Below, piece by piece: positions 1 to 9,102 of a stretch of 64,000 nucleotides of DNA (within the stretch, counting starts at the first letter, position 1; the number at the start of each line of letters is the position of its first letter). The position numbers and the translations under genes were made by a program. The notes below the pieces were generated by a model. It was given only the letters and a program-made list of their open reading frames with translations. It ran no database searches and was not told the DNA's origin. The stretch spans positions 2,048,001 to 2,112,000 of the forward strand of contig CAVVXN010000005.1 of assembly GCA_963752285.1 (NCBI GenBank), read 5' to 3'. This DNA is from an uncultured Planctomycetota bacterium. Lineage in GTDB: Bacteria; Planctomycetota; PLA2; JAEUHO01.

Positions 1-1
1 G

Positions 2-535
2 CTGGCGAAGGAGATCTTCGTCCGGGTCGGGGACGAGGGCGCGTTCAAGAGCACGGGCTTCGTCCCGGGCGTCGTGTCGGTCTCGGGGCTCCCCGTCCCC
101 CGTCCCCTCGTGGAGCTCTCGGGCTCGGAGCCGACGGTACTCCACGTGAAGTACGTGGACGCGCACGGCGGCGAGCACGGTCCCTACGACGTCCCCTTCG
201 ACCCCGACGTGCAGATGCTCGAGGGCACGAAGAACGTCCTCGAGATGACCAAGAACTCGTGGCTCGCCTTCGGCGACCAGGACTCCGGTAAGGTCCTGCT
301 CTACTTCACGCACCTGCTCTCGTGGCGGGCCGGCGTCGCCGAGATCCACTACGCGCTCGACGCGGACACCCCCGAGACTTCGTTCCCCGTGCCCGCGGTG
401 GACCCCAAGAACCCGAACGCCATCGGCCCGGACGACCAGGTCTACGTCGAAGTCCCCCCCGAGACGAGGTACGCGACGGTCCAGGTCACGTTCCGCGACG
501 GCACGACGTCCGACGTGGTGAAGATCACCCGCTGA
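2..535 (+). CDS. Hypothetical protein, 5'-partial
   Basis: Frame is open from the window edge (LAKEIFVRVGDEGAFKSTGF...) to TGA at 533-535; protein-like composition with strong GC3 bias. Confidence 0.8.
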   Translation: MAKEIFVRVGDEGAFKSTGFVPGVVSVSGLPVPRPLVELSGSEPTVLHVKYVDAHGGEHGPYDVPFDPDVQMLEGTKNVLEMTKNSWLAFGDQDSGKVLLYFTHLLSWRAGVAEIHYALDADTPETSFPVPAVDPKNPNAIGPDDQVYVEVPPETRYATVQVTFRDGTTSDVVKITR

Positions 536-552
536 CCGCGCGTCGCCCGTGA

Positions 553-807
553 TCACCCGGCCGCCGCCCGCGTAGCGACGCACGGGGGGATTCCCTGCTC
601 GCGTCACCGGGCGTCGCGACGCTCGGCGACGCGGATCGCCACGCCGATGTCCTCGAGGACGTGCTCGGTGGGATTCCCGATCTCGCCGGCAACCCCTGGT
701 ACGACCCCCACACGGCGGTCCTCGTGCGAGAGCATGGGATCCGGGGCATCGCCACGCGTGACACCGACTTCCATCGGTTGCGATTCTTGGAGGCGTTCGA
801 CCCCCCG
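553..807 (+). pseudogene. Remnant of a VapC/PIN-domain toxin (C-terminal half only)
   Basis: Reads LLASPG..DRHADVLEDVLGGIPDLAGNPWYDPHTAVLVREHGIRGIATRDTDFHRLRFLEAFDP, the typical C-terminus of TA-type PIN ribonucleases. No N-terminal half, proper start, proper stop or antitoxin. Confidence 0.65.
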
Positions 808-928
808 TGCCTGGAGGCGATCCCTCTCGTGGCGAGCTCGTGCGGGCTGCGGGTTGGCGAGCGCGTCGAGCCTGGGGACCTGGCCGGCGCCGGTTCGGCA
901 GCGCCGAGGGCCATGAGAGGATCTCCGC

Positions 929-1378
929 ATGCACGACGTCTTCGACGCAGCCCAGGGAGAGAGCATCGTCGCCCGGCTCGAGGCCCTCCGCCCGAACGCC
1001 GTCCGGGCGTGGGGGAAGATGGACGTCGCGCAGATGCTCGCCCACTGCGCCGTCGCGGTCGAGGCGGCGAACGGCGATCGGCCGATGAAGCAGATCTTCC
1101 TCGGCAAGATCCTCCGTCCCTTCGTGTGGAAGTCCTTCGTCGGCCCGAAGCCGTACGCCCGGAACGCGCCGACGGGTCGCGCGCTCCTCGTGAGCGACGA
1201 GCGGGACTTCGCGACCGAGAAGGCCCGTCTCCTGGCAGCGCTCCAGCGGCTCCGCGAGGCCGGACCCGAGCGTGCGGCACAGTATCCCCACGGCTTCCTC
1301 GGCAAGCTGACCGGCGAAGAGTGGGGATGCGTCCAGTGGAAGCACCTGGACCATCATCTGCGCCAGTTCGGCGCCTGA
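929..1378 (+). CDS. DUF1569 (DinB-like) protein
   Basis: WGKMDVAQMLAHC, HGFLGKLT.EEW and KHLDHHLRQFG motifs. Confidence 0.88.
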   Translation: MHDVFDAAQGESIVARLEALRPNAVRAWGKMDVAQMLAHCAVAVEAANGDRPMKQIFLGKILRPFVWKSFVGPKPYARNAPTGRALLVSDERDFATEKARLLAALQRLREAGPERAAQYPHGFLGKLTGEEWGCVQWKHLDHHLRQFGA

Positions 1379-1498
1379 CCCGTCCCGGATGCGCCTGTCC
1401 GGCGCGATGAAGACCCTCGACCCCCGGAGTCGCCCGGCGCGGGAGAACGCCCCGGCCCCCGGCCCAACGACGCTCCTTCCCGGGCCGTGCCCTCGCCC

Positions 1499-2341
1499 TC
1501 AGCAGCGCGTGCGCATCGACTCGCGCGCGCGCTCCGCGGCGGCCGGGGAGTCGAACTTCTTGGCTCGCTCCCACAGCTTCGCGATGTGGGCCACCGCGTC
1601 CGGGGTCTTGCACGCGGTCTCGCCGTGGTCCACCGCGACGGGGCCGATACGCTTCGCGGCGGCCGTCGAGAGCTTGCGCAGGGCCGCGCTGCGTCCGCCG
1701 ATCGCGATCAGCGCCGCGTTCATCGCCGCACGCTCGACGCTGGGCGCCTCGTGGATCTTCGTTTCGATCTCCACGAGACGCTTCGCGAACCGTTCGTCGG
1801 ATGCCTTCTCGTCGAGGTTCGCCAGCGAGGCGATCAGGGTCCAGCCCACCGCCCGCAGCTCCGGATCGGACGAGGCGAGCCACTCGCGCTCCTTCGTGGC
1901 TCCGAGCGGCCCCTCCGCCGCCAGCGCTGCGATGTACATGCTGCACATGCGCATGCTGTTCTCCTTCGCCCAGCGGTCGAGGTCGGACGAGCGGATCCTG
2001 GCCGGGTCGGCGATCTTCATCGCCAAGTTGCGCGCGTCCTGGTTCTTCGTCTTCCACAGAGCCAGCGCGAGCTCCTGGTCCACGCCGATCCGGTCGAGGA
2101 GCACCTTGAGCGTCCCGAACTGGACGCCGAACATCGGCTCCTTCGCGCCGTGGCGCGCGTAGATCTTCTTCGTCTTCTCGGACCCGGCCTTCTCGAGCGC
2201 ACGCATCACCTCGTCGAGGGTCATGCGCGCGGCCGCGGGCCTCCCGGCCGACTTGGCGGCCGACTTGGCGGCCGGATTCGCGGCCTTCCCCGAGGGCTTC
2301 TTGGTCTGCTTCGTCTGCTTGCCGGTTCGTGCGGTGGCCAT
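1499..2341 (-). CDS. DNA alkylation repair protein (AlkD-like HEAT repeat) with a Lys/Ala-rich N-terminal tail
   Basis: MTLDEVMRALEKAGSEKTKKIYARHGAKEPMFGV...LALALWKTKNQDARNLA...VDHGETACKTPDA. TAGAAT -10 box 6 nt before the ATG. Confidence 0.85.
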   Translation of the reverse strand: MATARTGKQTKQTKKPSGKAANPAAKSAAKSAGRPAAARMTLDEVMRALEKAGSEKTKKIYARHGAKEPMFGVQFGTLKVLLDRIGVDQELALALWKTKNQDARNLAMKIADPARIRSSDLDRWAKENSMRMCSMYIAALAAEGPLGATKEREWLASSDPELRAVGWTLIASLANLDEKASDERFAKRLVEIETKIHEAPSVERAAMNAALIAIGGRSAALRKLSTAAAKRIGPVAVDHGETACKTPDAVAHIAKLWERAKKFDSPAAAERARESMRTRC

Positions 2342-2554
2342 TCCGGGATTCTACGGGGCCGCGTGCATCCGCTGGCCGACCCCGCGCGCGGGACGGTCAG
2401 ACCCTCGCGGATCGCGATGCCCTGGCCGCCGACGCGAGCCACGCCCCGGTCCACGCGAGGTCCCGCGACGGCACGCCGTCCGGGGGGCGGGGGGGCGCCC
2501 ACGGACCGCCCGCCCTCCGCCCGGCTCGGCGCGCGGGCGCCCGGACGGCCGGGG

Positions 2555-3583
2555 CTACTTCGCCTGTGCGAAGTGCTCCTGGAGCCCCCCGAGGACCTGC
2601 GGCCAGGCGTTCGCGAAGTAGGCTCGGGTCTGGCGCCACTCGTCGGCGCGGTCGGGGTCGGCGGCCGCGCGGTCGGCGAAGCCCTCGTGCGTGAGGCGGA
2701 CCCGGGTGCGCCCGGGCGCCTCCGTCTCGAGCTCGAGCACGACGAGCGTCCGCGCGGCGCGCGCGTGCGGGAACTTCGGCGGCGCGTTCCACGTGAACGA
2801 GAGCATGCGCCCGGGGAGCCACGACTGGACGGTGCAGCCCTCCGACCCGCGGCGGCCCTCCGGGGCGTTCGGGACGAAGAGGATCTCGAAACGCCCGCCG
2901 GGGGCGAGGTCGATCCGGGCCTCGACGCCGAGGAAGGCCTTCCAGCCCTCCGCGGTCGAGAGCGCGCGGAACACCTCGTCCTGTGATCCGGCCACGACCG
3001 CCGTGGCCTCGATGGGGTCGAGCGCGTCGTCGGCCCCGTCCGCGTGCGGGGGTGGATAGCGCGACGCGAGGTGCTCGAGGACCTCGGCGTTCCCCCGCTC
3101 GAAGAAGGCGCGCATCTGCCGGGACGCCTCGTCCGTTCCGTATCCGTAGCCTCGAAGCGTCAGACGAGTCCGGCCCTCGCCGAGGTCGTTCAGCGTCACG
3201 ACCGACCACATCCGGTCGAGCACGTCCTGCGGGAACGGGAAGCCCTTCGGCGCCCGCGTCGCCTGGAACGCGAACGTGCGCAGCGGCTCGTACGCGAGGA
3301 TCGTGTTCTCGATCGTGTGCTCGTCGCCCAGCGTGGCCTGCGGGTCGTAGGTCGTGAGGATCTTCCCGCCGACACGGAAGTCGACGCGCGCCTTCGCGAC
3401 GCCGAGGGCTTTCCATCCGTCCGCCGTGGCGAAGAGGTCCCAGACCTGCTCCAGCGTGGCGCCGAGCTCGACCTCCGCCACGGCCGGCGCGGGATCGGGC
3501 TCCGGGCCCCCTCCCGGCGCCGCCGCGGCGACGGGAACGAAAAGGAGGAGGGCGACGAACAGAGCGACGGTGGCCGGTCTCAT
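2555..3583 (-). CDS. Exported tandem SRPBCC (AHSA1/START-like) domain protein
   Basis: Signal peptide MRPATVALFVALLLFVPVAAA, then two SRPBCC-like repeats (VWDLFATADGWKA; VFRALSTAEGWKAF...LSFTWNAPP...TRVRLTHEGF). ATGA overlap with the tetR stop. Confidence 0.85.
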   Translation of the reverse strand: MRPATVALFVALLLFVPVAAAAPGGGPEPDPAPAVAEVELGATLEQVWDLFATADGWKALGVAKARVDFRVGGKILTTYDPQATLGDEHTIENTILAYEPLRTFAFQATRAPKGFPFPQDVLDRMWSVVTLNDLGEGRTRLTLRGYGYGTDEASRQMRAFFERGNAEVLEHLASRYPPPHADGADDALDPIEATAVVAGSQDEVFRALSTAEGWKAFLGVEARIDLAPGGRFEILFVPNAPEGRRGSEGCTVQSWLPGRMLSFTWNAPPKFPHARAARTLVVLELETEAPGRTRVRLTHEGFADRAAADPDRADEWRQTRAYFANAWPQVLGGLQEHFAQAK

Positions 3584-4227
3584 GGTCGGGTTCCCTTCCG
3601 CGGCCGGCGTGCGCTCCCCCGCGTGCCGCGCGGGGGGCGCGCGGACGCCTGGAGGAGCTCGAGGTGGCCGCGCAGCACGGCGACGGACTGGTCGAAGGGG
3701 CGAAGCGACCCGGACGCCCGGACCTGCATCACGCCCCCCTCCATGACGGTGAGCACGAACGTCGCGAGGGCCTCCCGATCGGTTCGCGGCGGCAGCCGAT
3801 CGCCGGCCTCCTCGAGCCAGCGCTGGACGGTCTCGCGCCAGCGTCTGAAGTTCTGCTCGATGAGCGGCCGGACGTCCGGATGGTCGTCGCTCACTTCGAG
3901 CGCGAGGTTCCCGATCGGACATCCCATCCGACAGCCGCTTCGGACGAGCTCCGACCGGTAGAAGGCGAGCAGCGCGAGGACCCGGAGGAGAGGATCCCGC
4001 TCGGCGCGTTCCACGGGCGCGGTGACGATCGGCTCGAGCAGCGTCGTGTAGTGCTCGAGGACGCCCTGGAGGAGCGCCTCCTTGGAGGGGAAGAAGTGGT
4101 AGAGGCTCCCGGGATGGGCCCCGGACTCGCGGAGGATCGTGGCGATGCCCGTGGCCGCGTACCCCTGCTCGTGAAACAGGCGGCGCGCGGCATCGAGGAT
4201 GGCGGTCCGGGTCTCGCTCTCGGTCAC
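3580..4227 (-). CDS. TetR/AcrR family transcriptional regulator (NemR/LmrA-like)
   Basis: HTH ILDAARRLFHEQGYAATGIATIL...GSLYHFFPSKEAL; GCPIGNLALE motif in the C-terminal domain. Confidence 0.93.
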   Translation of the reverse strand: MTESETRTAILDAARRLFHEQGYAATGIATILRESGAHPGSLYHFFPSKEALLQGVLEHYTTLLEPIVTAPVERAERDPLLRVLALLAFYRSELVRSGCRMGCPIGNLALEVSDDHPDVRPLIEQNFRRWRETVQRWLEEAGDRLPPRTDREALATFVLTVMEGGVMQVRASGSLRPFDQSVAVLRGHLELLQASARPPRGTRGSARRPRKGTRP

Positions 4228-4234
4228 GACGGAC

Positions 4235-4250
4235 TTGAACGATCGCTCAA
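4235..4250. promoter_or_regulatory. Putative TetR autoregulatory operator
   Basis: Near-perfect palindrome TTGAACGATCGCTCAA 7 bp upstream of the tetR start; TTGACC -35-like hexamer on the minus strand at 4262-4267. Confidence 0.6.
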
Positions 4251-4455
4251 CACCGCCGAAAGGTCAAGCGCGCGGGTTCGGTGGAGAGGGGGGCCTCCTG
4301 GGCCCCCGCCCCGCCGGCCACGTCCGCGGCGCGGGCGAGAGCGGCCCGTACGCGGCGAGCCATAGCCCGACCCGTGCCCCCGCCGTCGCCCGGCCCGAAC
4401 CGGCGCCGGCATCGCCTACCAGGGCCCGGGCCGCGCTCGACCCGGCCCGCCGCTC

Positions 4456-4621
4456 TGTGAAGACGCGGTCCGCGCCGAACGTTCGGCCATGCCGACCGGT
4501 CCGTCGGGATTGGGCGGACTCCGCTCCGGCACGTCGCACGAAACAGGGCTCTGGCCTCGATTGTAAAGATGCGCCCCGCGCCGAACGTTCGGCAATACCG
4601 ACCGGTCGGTCGGGATTGGGC
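4456..4621. repeat. Two copies of a palindrome-containing direct repeat (46-bp core, about 60 bp extended)
   Basis: 4470-4515 and 4576-4621 match at 43/46 positions; each has the palindrome GCCGAACGTTCGGC and a CCGACCGGTC(C/G)G element. Confidence 0.85.
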
Positions 4622-4783
4622 CCCGGCGTCCGGACGAGCCCACGTGGTCGGCGTGCTTCGCCGCACCCCACCGCGAGGATCGCGGGGCACTCGGCCGGCC
4701 CGTCCGACGGGGTCCACGTCGTCGTGGCCCTCGCGTCGCCTGAACCGGATCCGGGACCGCGGCCCACTACCTTCTGAGCGACC

Positions 4784-5577
4784 ATGGCCGTCCGTTCGGT
4801 TCCTCCGCCCGATGCACGGGTCCGGCACACGGACTTCGTCCGTGCGGCCGCCCGCGCGGCCCTGGGCGGGGACGAGTGGGTCGACGACGTCGTCCAGGAG
4901 ACCTGGCTCGTGGCCCTTCGCGGCGGGGCCCGTCGGGCTCGCGTGCTCCGGGCGGGGCTGGGCGGCGTGGCCTGGCGACAGGCGAAGGCCGTGCTCCGTC
5001 AACGGACGGCCGAGCGCAGGCGCGACCGGCGCGCGGCCCGTGCGGCGCACGCCGAATCCACGTCGGACGCCGTCGTGCGAGCCGAGACGGGGCGGCGCCT
5101 CGTCGCGGCGGTCCTGGCGCTCGAGGAGCCCTACCGGACCGCCGTGCTGCTCCGCTACCAAGACGACCTGCCTCCCCGGGAGATCGCACACCCGCGGGGG
5201 TCCCCGTCGAGGCCGAGTTCATCGACGCGCGAAGCATGGAGCCGATCTCGGGACCGCTCCAGGTCGAGTTGCACCCCGCCGGGGGACGGGGCTGGGCCCT
5301 CATGGTGCCCGTCCCGGGAACGCCGGGCCTTTGCCGTTCCGTCGAGCCGTTCGCCCCGGGCGAGCACGTGGTCCGGGCTTCGGGGAAGGGCTGGCGACCG
5401 CTCGACGCCCACGTCCCCTGGGCGTGGGGTGCAGGAATCCCCCGCGCACGCATGCCGATGGAGCGCGAGGAGCCGCCGAACGCGCCGGGCTGGGGCTCCC
5501 GGCGAAGACCGCGCCCTCCGGAAGGACGAGGACGGCGGCGACGCGCCCGGTCGGATCGTCAGGTGCGCGCCTTGTAG
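4784..5577 (+). pseudogene. Degenerate ECF sigma factor with a deleted/frameshifted C-terminal extension
   Basis: Sigma2/sigma4 motifs (DDVVQETWLVAL; LEEPYRTAVLLRYQDDLPPREIA). The HTH breaks near 5190 and the expected GVPVE continues in another frame, joined to a beta-rich fragment. Paralog of 50335..52200. Confidence 0.65.
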
Positions 5578-7793
5578 CCCAGGACGAGGAGCGCGCAGGT
5601 GGACGCCCGCGCGACGCGCAGGACGAAGCCCGAGAGCTTGAGCCGGCGACCCGTCTCCTGGTAGAGGCCGAGCACGATCAGGTCGCACTCCGCCGCGCGG
5701 CGGAGGATCTCGCCGGCGGGGTCCGCTCCCCGCTCGACGACCACCTGGGCCGCGCCGCCCATCTCGTCCTCGGCGAGCACGCCGATCCGACGGCGCATGC
5801 GGTGGACGGCCTCGTCGGACGCTTCGGGGGGGAGGACGCACAGGTACGTCGTCTCGGGGCGCGTGAGGCGCCGCAGGCTGCCGAGCAGCCGCGCGCGGAG
5901 CGGGCTGTGGCGTCCGCGTCCCCCGATCGGGACGAGGACCCGGGTCGCCTCGCGAAAGCGCCACCCGCGCGGCGCGCGCAGGAGCAGGACGTCGCAGGGG
6001 ACGCGGTTCAGGAAGCGGTCGAAGCCCACGTCGTCGGCCGAGTCGGAGAGGTCGCGCAGGCCGACGAGGACGCTCGCGCAGTGGTGCGCCACGGCCACGC
6101 GCGAGATCTCGTCGAGCGGCGTGCGGGCCACCGTCAACATCGCCTGGGGCGTCAGCCCCTCGGCGAAGGAGGCCGTCAGCGCCTCGCGCACGACCTGCTC
6201 GGCCTGGAGCAGGCTCGGCGGCGGCGCGGCCGGGTCCCACACGTCGGGTGGGCGCACCACGTTCAGGAGCATCACGCGACTGAACCCGGGCGGCGAGACG
6301 GCGTGGGCTACGGCCACCATCGATGCGGCGTTCGCCGCGTTGCTCAAGGGGACGAGCACGAGCGGGCTGCGACCGCGCGACTTGACGAGCGCGGGGTCAG
6401 TCGCCTCGGCGGACGCGTCGAAGGTCGCGGCGCGGCCGGCGAAGCGGAGGACGTAGAGGGCGGAGCCGAGGACGAGCCAGGCGAGCGCGATCGCGCCGGC
6501 CAGCGGCACCGAGACGCCCTGGTACACGGCGAGGGCGAGGCAGGCGAGGCCGCCGACGACGGGCACGAGCGGGAAGAGCCGCACGCGGAAGGGGATCCGG
6601 TCGGCGTCGGTCCGGTGTCGAAACAGGACGTTGATCACGTGGGCGAGGAAGAACGTGACGAGGAAGATCAGCGAGGCGGCGGCGCCGGCCGTCGCGACGT
6701 CGGGGACGACGGCGAGGATCAGGAGCACGAGGCCCGTCACCACCAGCACGGCGAGCCGCGGGACGCCCCGTTCGCGGTCGAGGTTCCCGAGGATGGGCGA
6801 GAGCGTCCGGTCGCGCGCCATGGCGAAGGCGACCCGGGACGCGGCGAAGAGGTTCGCCTGGAGCGCGGAGAGCATGGCGAGCACGCCGGCCACCACCACG
6901 AGCCAGTAGCCGAAGTCGCCGAGGAACCGGCGTGCGGCGATCGCAACGACCCCCTCGGGGTTCTCGTGGCCCATCTCGAGGACGGACCGGCCGGGGGGCG
7001 TTCCGACCGTCGCGACCAGGAAGAGGAGCGGCAGGTAGATCACGAGGGCGATGCCGAGCGAGCCGAGCATCGCGCGGGGGAGGTTTCGCTCCGGGTGTTC
7101 GACCTCGCCCGCGACGGCCGCGATCAGGTCGAAGCCCTGGAGCGCGATGAAGGTGAACCCCATCGCCTGGAACAGTCCCGCCGCGCCGCGGGGGAGGAAC
7201 GGGGTCAGGCGTTCGCCGATCTCGCCGCCGGTCGCCCGCGTCAGCGCAACGAGCCCGCCCGCGATCAGGACCGCGAAGACCGTCGTCTTGGCGAGGTTGA
7301 TCCACCGTCCGCCGCCGGCCCCGCGCCGGAGGAGCCCGAGGGAGAAGTAGCTCGTCGCCAAGGCGCCGAGCACGGGAGGGAGCCACGTCGCGGCGAGCCA
7401 CGAGGGCGCGGCGCCGAAGAGCAGAAGGGCCGCCTCGCGGGCGAGGAGCACGGCGAACGTGCCGAAGCCGAGCGCGTAGAGGACCCCCGCGACGAGCGAC
7501 GCGAACCAGACGATCCAGCCGACCCCGAACGCGACACGCACGCTGAGGAAGCGCTTCGCGAAGCTGTACGTGCCGCCGGACTCGGGGTAGGCGGCGGACA
7601 TCTCCGCGAAGCTGAGCGCCGTGAGGAGAGCGATCCCGCCGTTCAGGGCGAAGGCGAGGAGCGCGGAGGGGCCGGTCGTCTCGAACGCGACGCCGGCGAG
7701 CGCGAGGATGCCTCCGCCGACGATCGCGCCGACGCCCACGCCGGTCGCGCCGGCGAGGCCCAGGGTTCTCGGAACGGGACCTTCCTGCCCCAT
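5559..7793 (-). CDS. APC-family amino acid permease with C-terminal universal-stress-like domains
   Basis: GVGAIVGGGI and AEMSAAYPESGGTY motifs, about 12 hydrophobic segments, soluble tail with VLVPLSN / RVPCDVLLLR / RVLVPIGG. Confidence 0.88.
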   Translation of the reverse strand: MGQEGPVPRTLGLAGATGVGVGAIVGGGILALAGVAFETTGPSALLAFALNGGIALLTALSFAEMSAAYPESGGTYSFAKRFLSVRVAFGVGWIVWFASLVAGVLYALGFGTFAVLLAREAALLLFGAAPSWLAATWLPPVLGALATSYFSLGLLRRGAGGGRWINLAKTTVFAVLIAGGLVALTRATGGEIGERLTPFLPRGAAGLFQAMGFTFIALQGFDLIAAVAGEVEHPERNLPRAMLGSLGIALVIYLPLLFLVATVGTPPGRSVLEMGHENPEGVVAIAARRFLGDFGYWLVVVAGVLAMLSALQANLFAASRVAFAMARDRTLSPILGNLDRERGVPRLAVLVVTGLVLLILAVVPDVATAGAAASLIFLVTFFLAHVINVLFRHRTDADRIPFRVRLFPLVPVVGGLACLALAVYQGVSVPLAGAIALAWLVLGSALYVLRFAGRAATFDASAEATDPALVKSRGRSPLVLVPLSNAANAASMVAVAHAVSPPGFSRVMLLNVVRPPDVWDPAAPPPSLLQAEQVVREALTASFAEGLTPQAMLTVARTPLDEISRVAVAHHCASVLVGLRDLSDSADDVGFDRFLNRVPCDVLLLRAPRGWRFREATRVLVPIGGRGRHSPLRARLLGSLRRLTRPETTYLCVLPPEASDEAVHRMRRRIGVLAEDEMGGAAQVVVERGADPAGEILRRAAECDLIVLGLYQETGRRLKLSGFVLRVARASTCALLVLGYKART

Positions 7794-7884
7794 GGGGGCC
7801 ACAGGGTACGGGACGTCCCGAAGGGCGCGCCGCGCGGTCCGCGCGCCCTCGGCGGATCCCGCCGTCGCCCCCTGGATTTGCCGC

Positions 7885-9102
7885 TCACGCCGCGTCGGGC
7901 GGCGGGCCCGCACGGGCCGTGGCGAGGATCGCGATCGCGAGGAGGGCCAGGCCGGCGCCGGCAGAGAACGCCGCGGCGGGGCCCATCGTCATCCAGAGCC
8001 AGCCGGCGAGCAGGCTCGCGGGCAGCGCGGTGACGCTCGTGACGCCGTGGAAGAGGCCGAACGCGCGGCCCCGCTCGCCGGCGGGGTGCAGGTCGGCGAC
8101 CCACGCGCGCTCGGCGCCCTCCGTCAGGCCGTGGACGACGCCGTAGAGGAGCATCAGGAGCACCATGTGCCAGGCCGCGTCCGCCGCCGCGAGGCCCGCG
8201 TACACGACCGCGTAGACCGTCCAGCCGGCGAGGATCAGGCGGCGCCGCCCCACGCGGTCGCTCAGCGCGCCGGCCGGCCGCGCCACGAGGGCCTTCACGC
8301 CGTTGAACCCCGCCCAGAGGAGGGGCAGCCCGACCTCGGGGATGCCGAGCGACGACGCGCGGAGGAGCAGGAACGCGTCGGACGAGTTGCCGAGCGTGAA
8401 GATCCCGAACGCGAGGAGGTAGCGGCGAAAGCCGGCCGTCGGGCAGTAGCCCTCCGCATCGGCCGCGCGCGGCCCGTCGAGGCGGTCGGGCGCCTCGACC
8501 TCCCGCGCCCCCACCACGAGGACGACCACCGAGAGCACGGCCGGCACGAACGCGAGGGCGAACACGACGCGGAGGTCGTCCGTCATCCACGCGAGCAGCG
8601 CGAAGGCGAGGAGCGGACCCGCGACCGCGCCCGCGTTGTCCATGGCGCGTTGCCACCCGAACGCCTCTCCGCGCCGCTCCCGCGAAATCGAGCTCGCGAG
8701 GAGCGCGTCTCGCGGCGAGGTCCGGAGCCCCTTCCCCACCCGGTCCAGGAAGCGCGCGCCGAGGACGTGCCATCCCGCCGCCGCGACGGCGACGAGCGGC
8801 CGCGTCGCGGCGCTGAGCCCGTAGCCGAGGATCGCGAAGGGCAGCCGCCGCCGCACGCGGTCCGACCACCAGCCCGACGCGACCTTGATCAGCGCCGCGG
8901 TGCTCTCGGCGATCCCCTCCACGAGGCCGACGAACACCGTGCTCGCGCCCAGGGTCACGGTGAGAAACGTGGGCAGGAGCGGGTAGATCGCGTCCGTCGA
9001 CACGTCGGTCAAGAAGCTCGTCCAGCCGAACGCGCGGACGTTTCGCGGCAGCGGCTCGCGCGCGCGACTCCGATCGGGACGCGAACCGGTCGCGGCGCTC
9101 AT
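7885..9102 (-). CDS. MFS transporter
   Basis: SFLTDVSTDAIYPLLP, GWWSDRVRRR, DRVGKGLRTSPRDALL and GALSDRVGRR motifs; ATGA overlap with the upstream gene. Confidence 0.92.
   Translation of the reverse strand: MSAATGSRPDRSRAREPLPRNVRAFGWTSFLTDVSTDAIYPLLPTFLTVTLGASTVFVGLVEGIAESTAALIKVASGWWSDRVRRRLPFAILGYGLSAATRPLVAVAAAGWHVLGARFLDRVGKGLRTSPRDALLASSISRERRGEAFGWQRAMDNAGAVAGPLLAFALLAWMTDDLRVVFALAFVPAVLSVVVLVVGAREVEAPDRLDGPRAADAEGYCPTAGFRRYLLAFGIFTLGNSSDAFLLLRASSLGIPEVGLPLLWAGFNGVKALVARPAGALSDRVGRRRLILAGWTVYAVVYAGLAAADAAWHMVLLMLLYGVVHGLTEGAERAWVADLHPAGERGRAFGLFHGVTSVTALPASLLAGWLWMTMGPAAAFSAGAGLALLAIAILATARAGPPPDAA

Noticed and set aside
2300..2341. Resemblance of ARTGKQTKQTKK to the histone H3 tail (ARTKQT)
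   Set aside because: Short low-complexity match; not evidence of homology.
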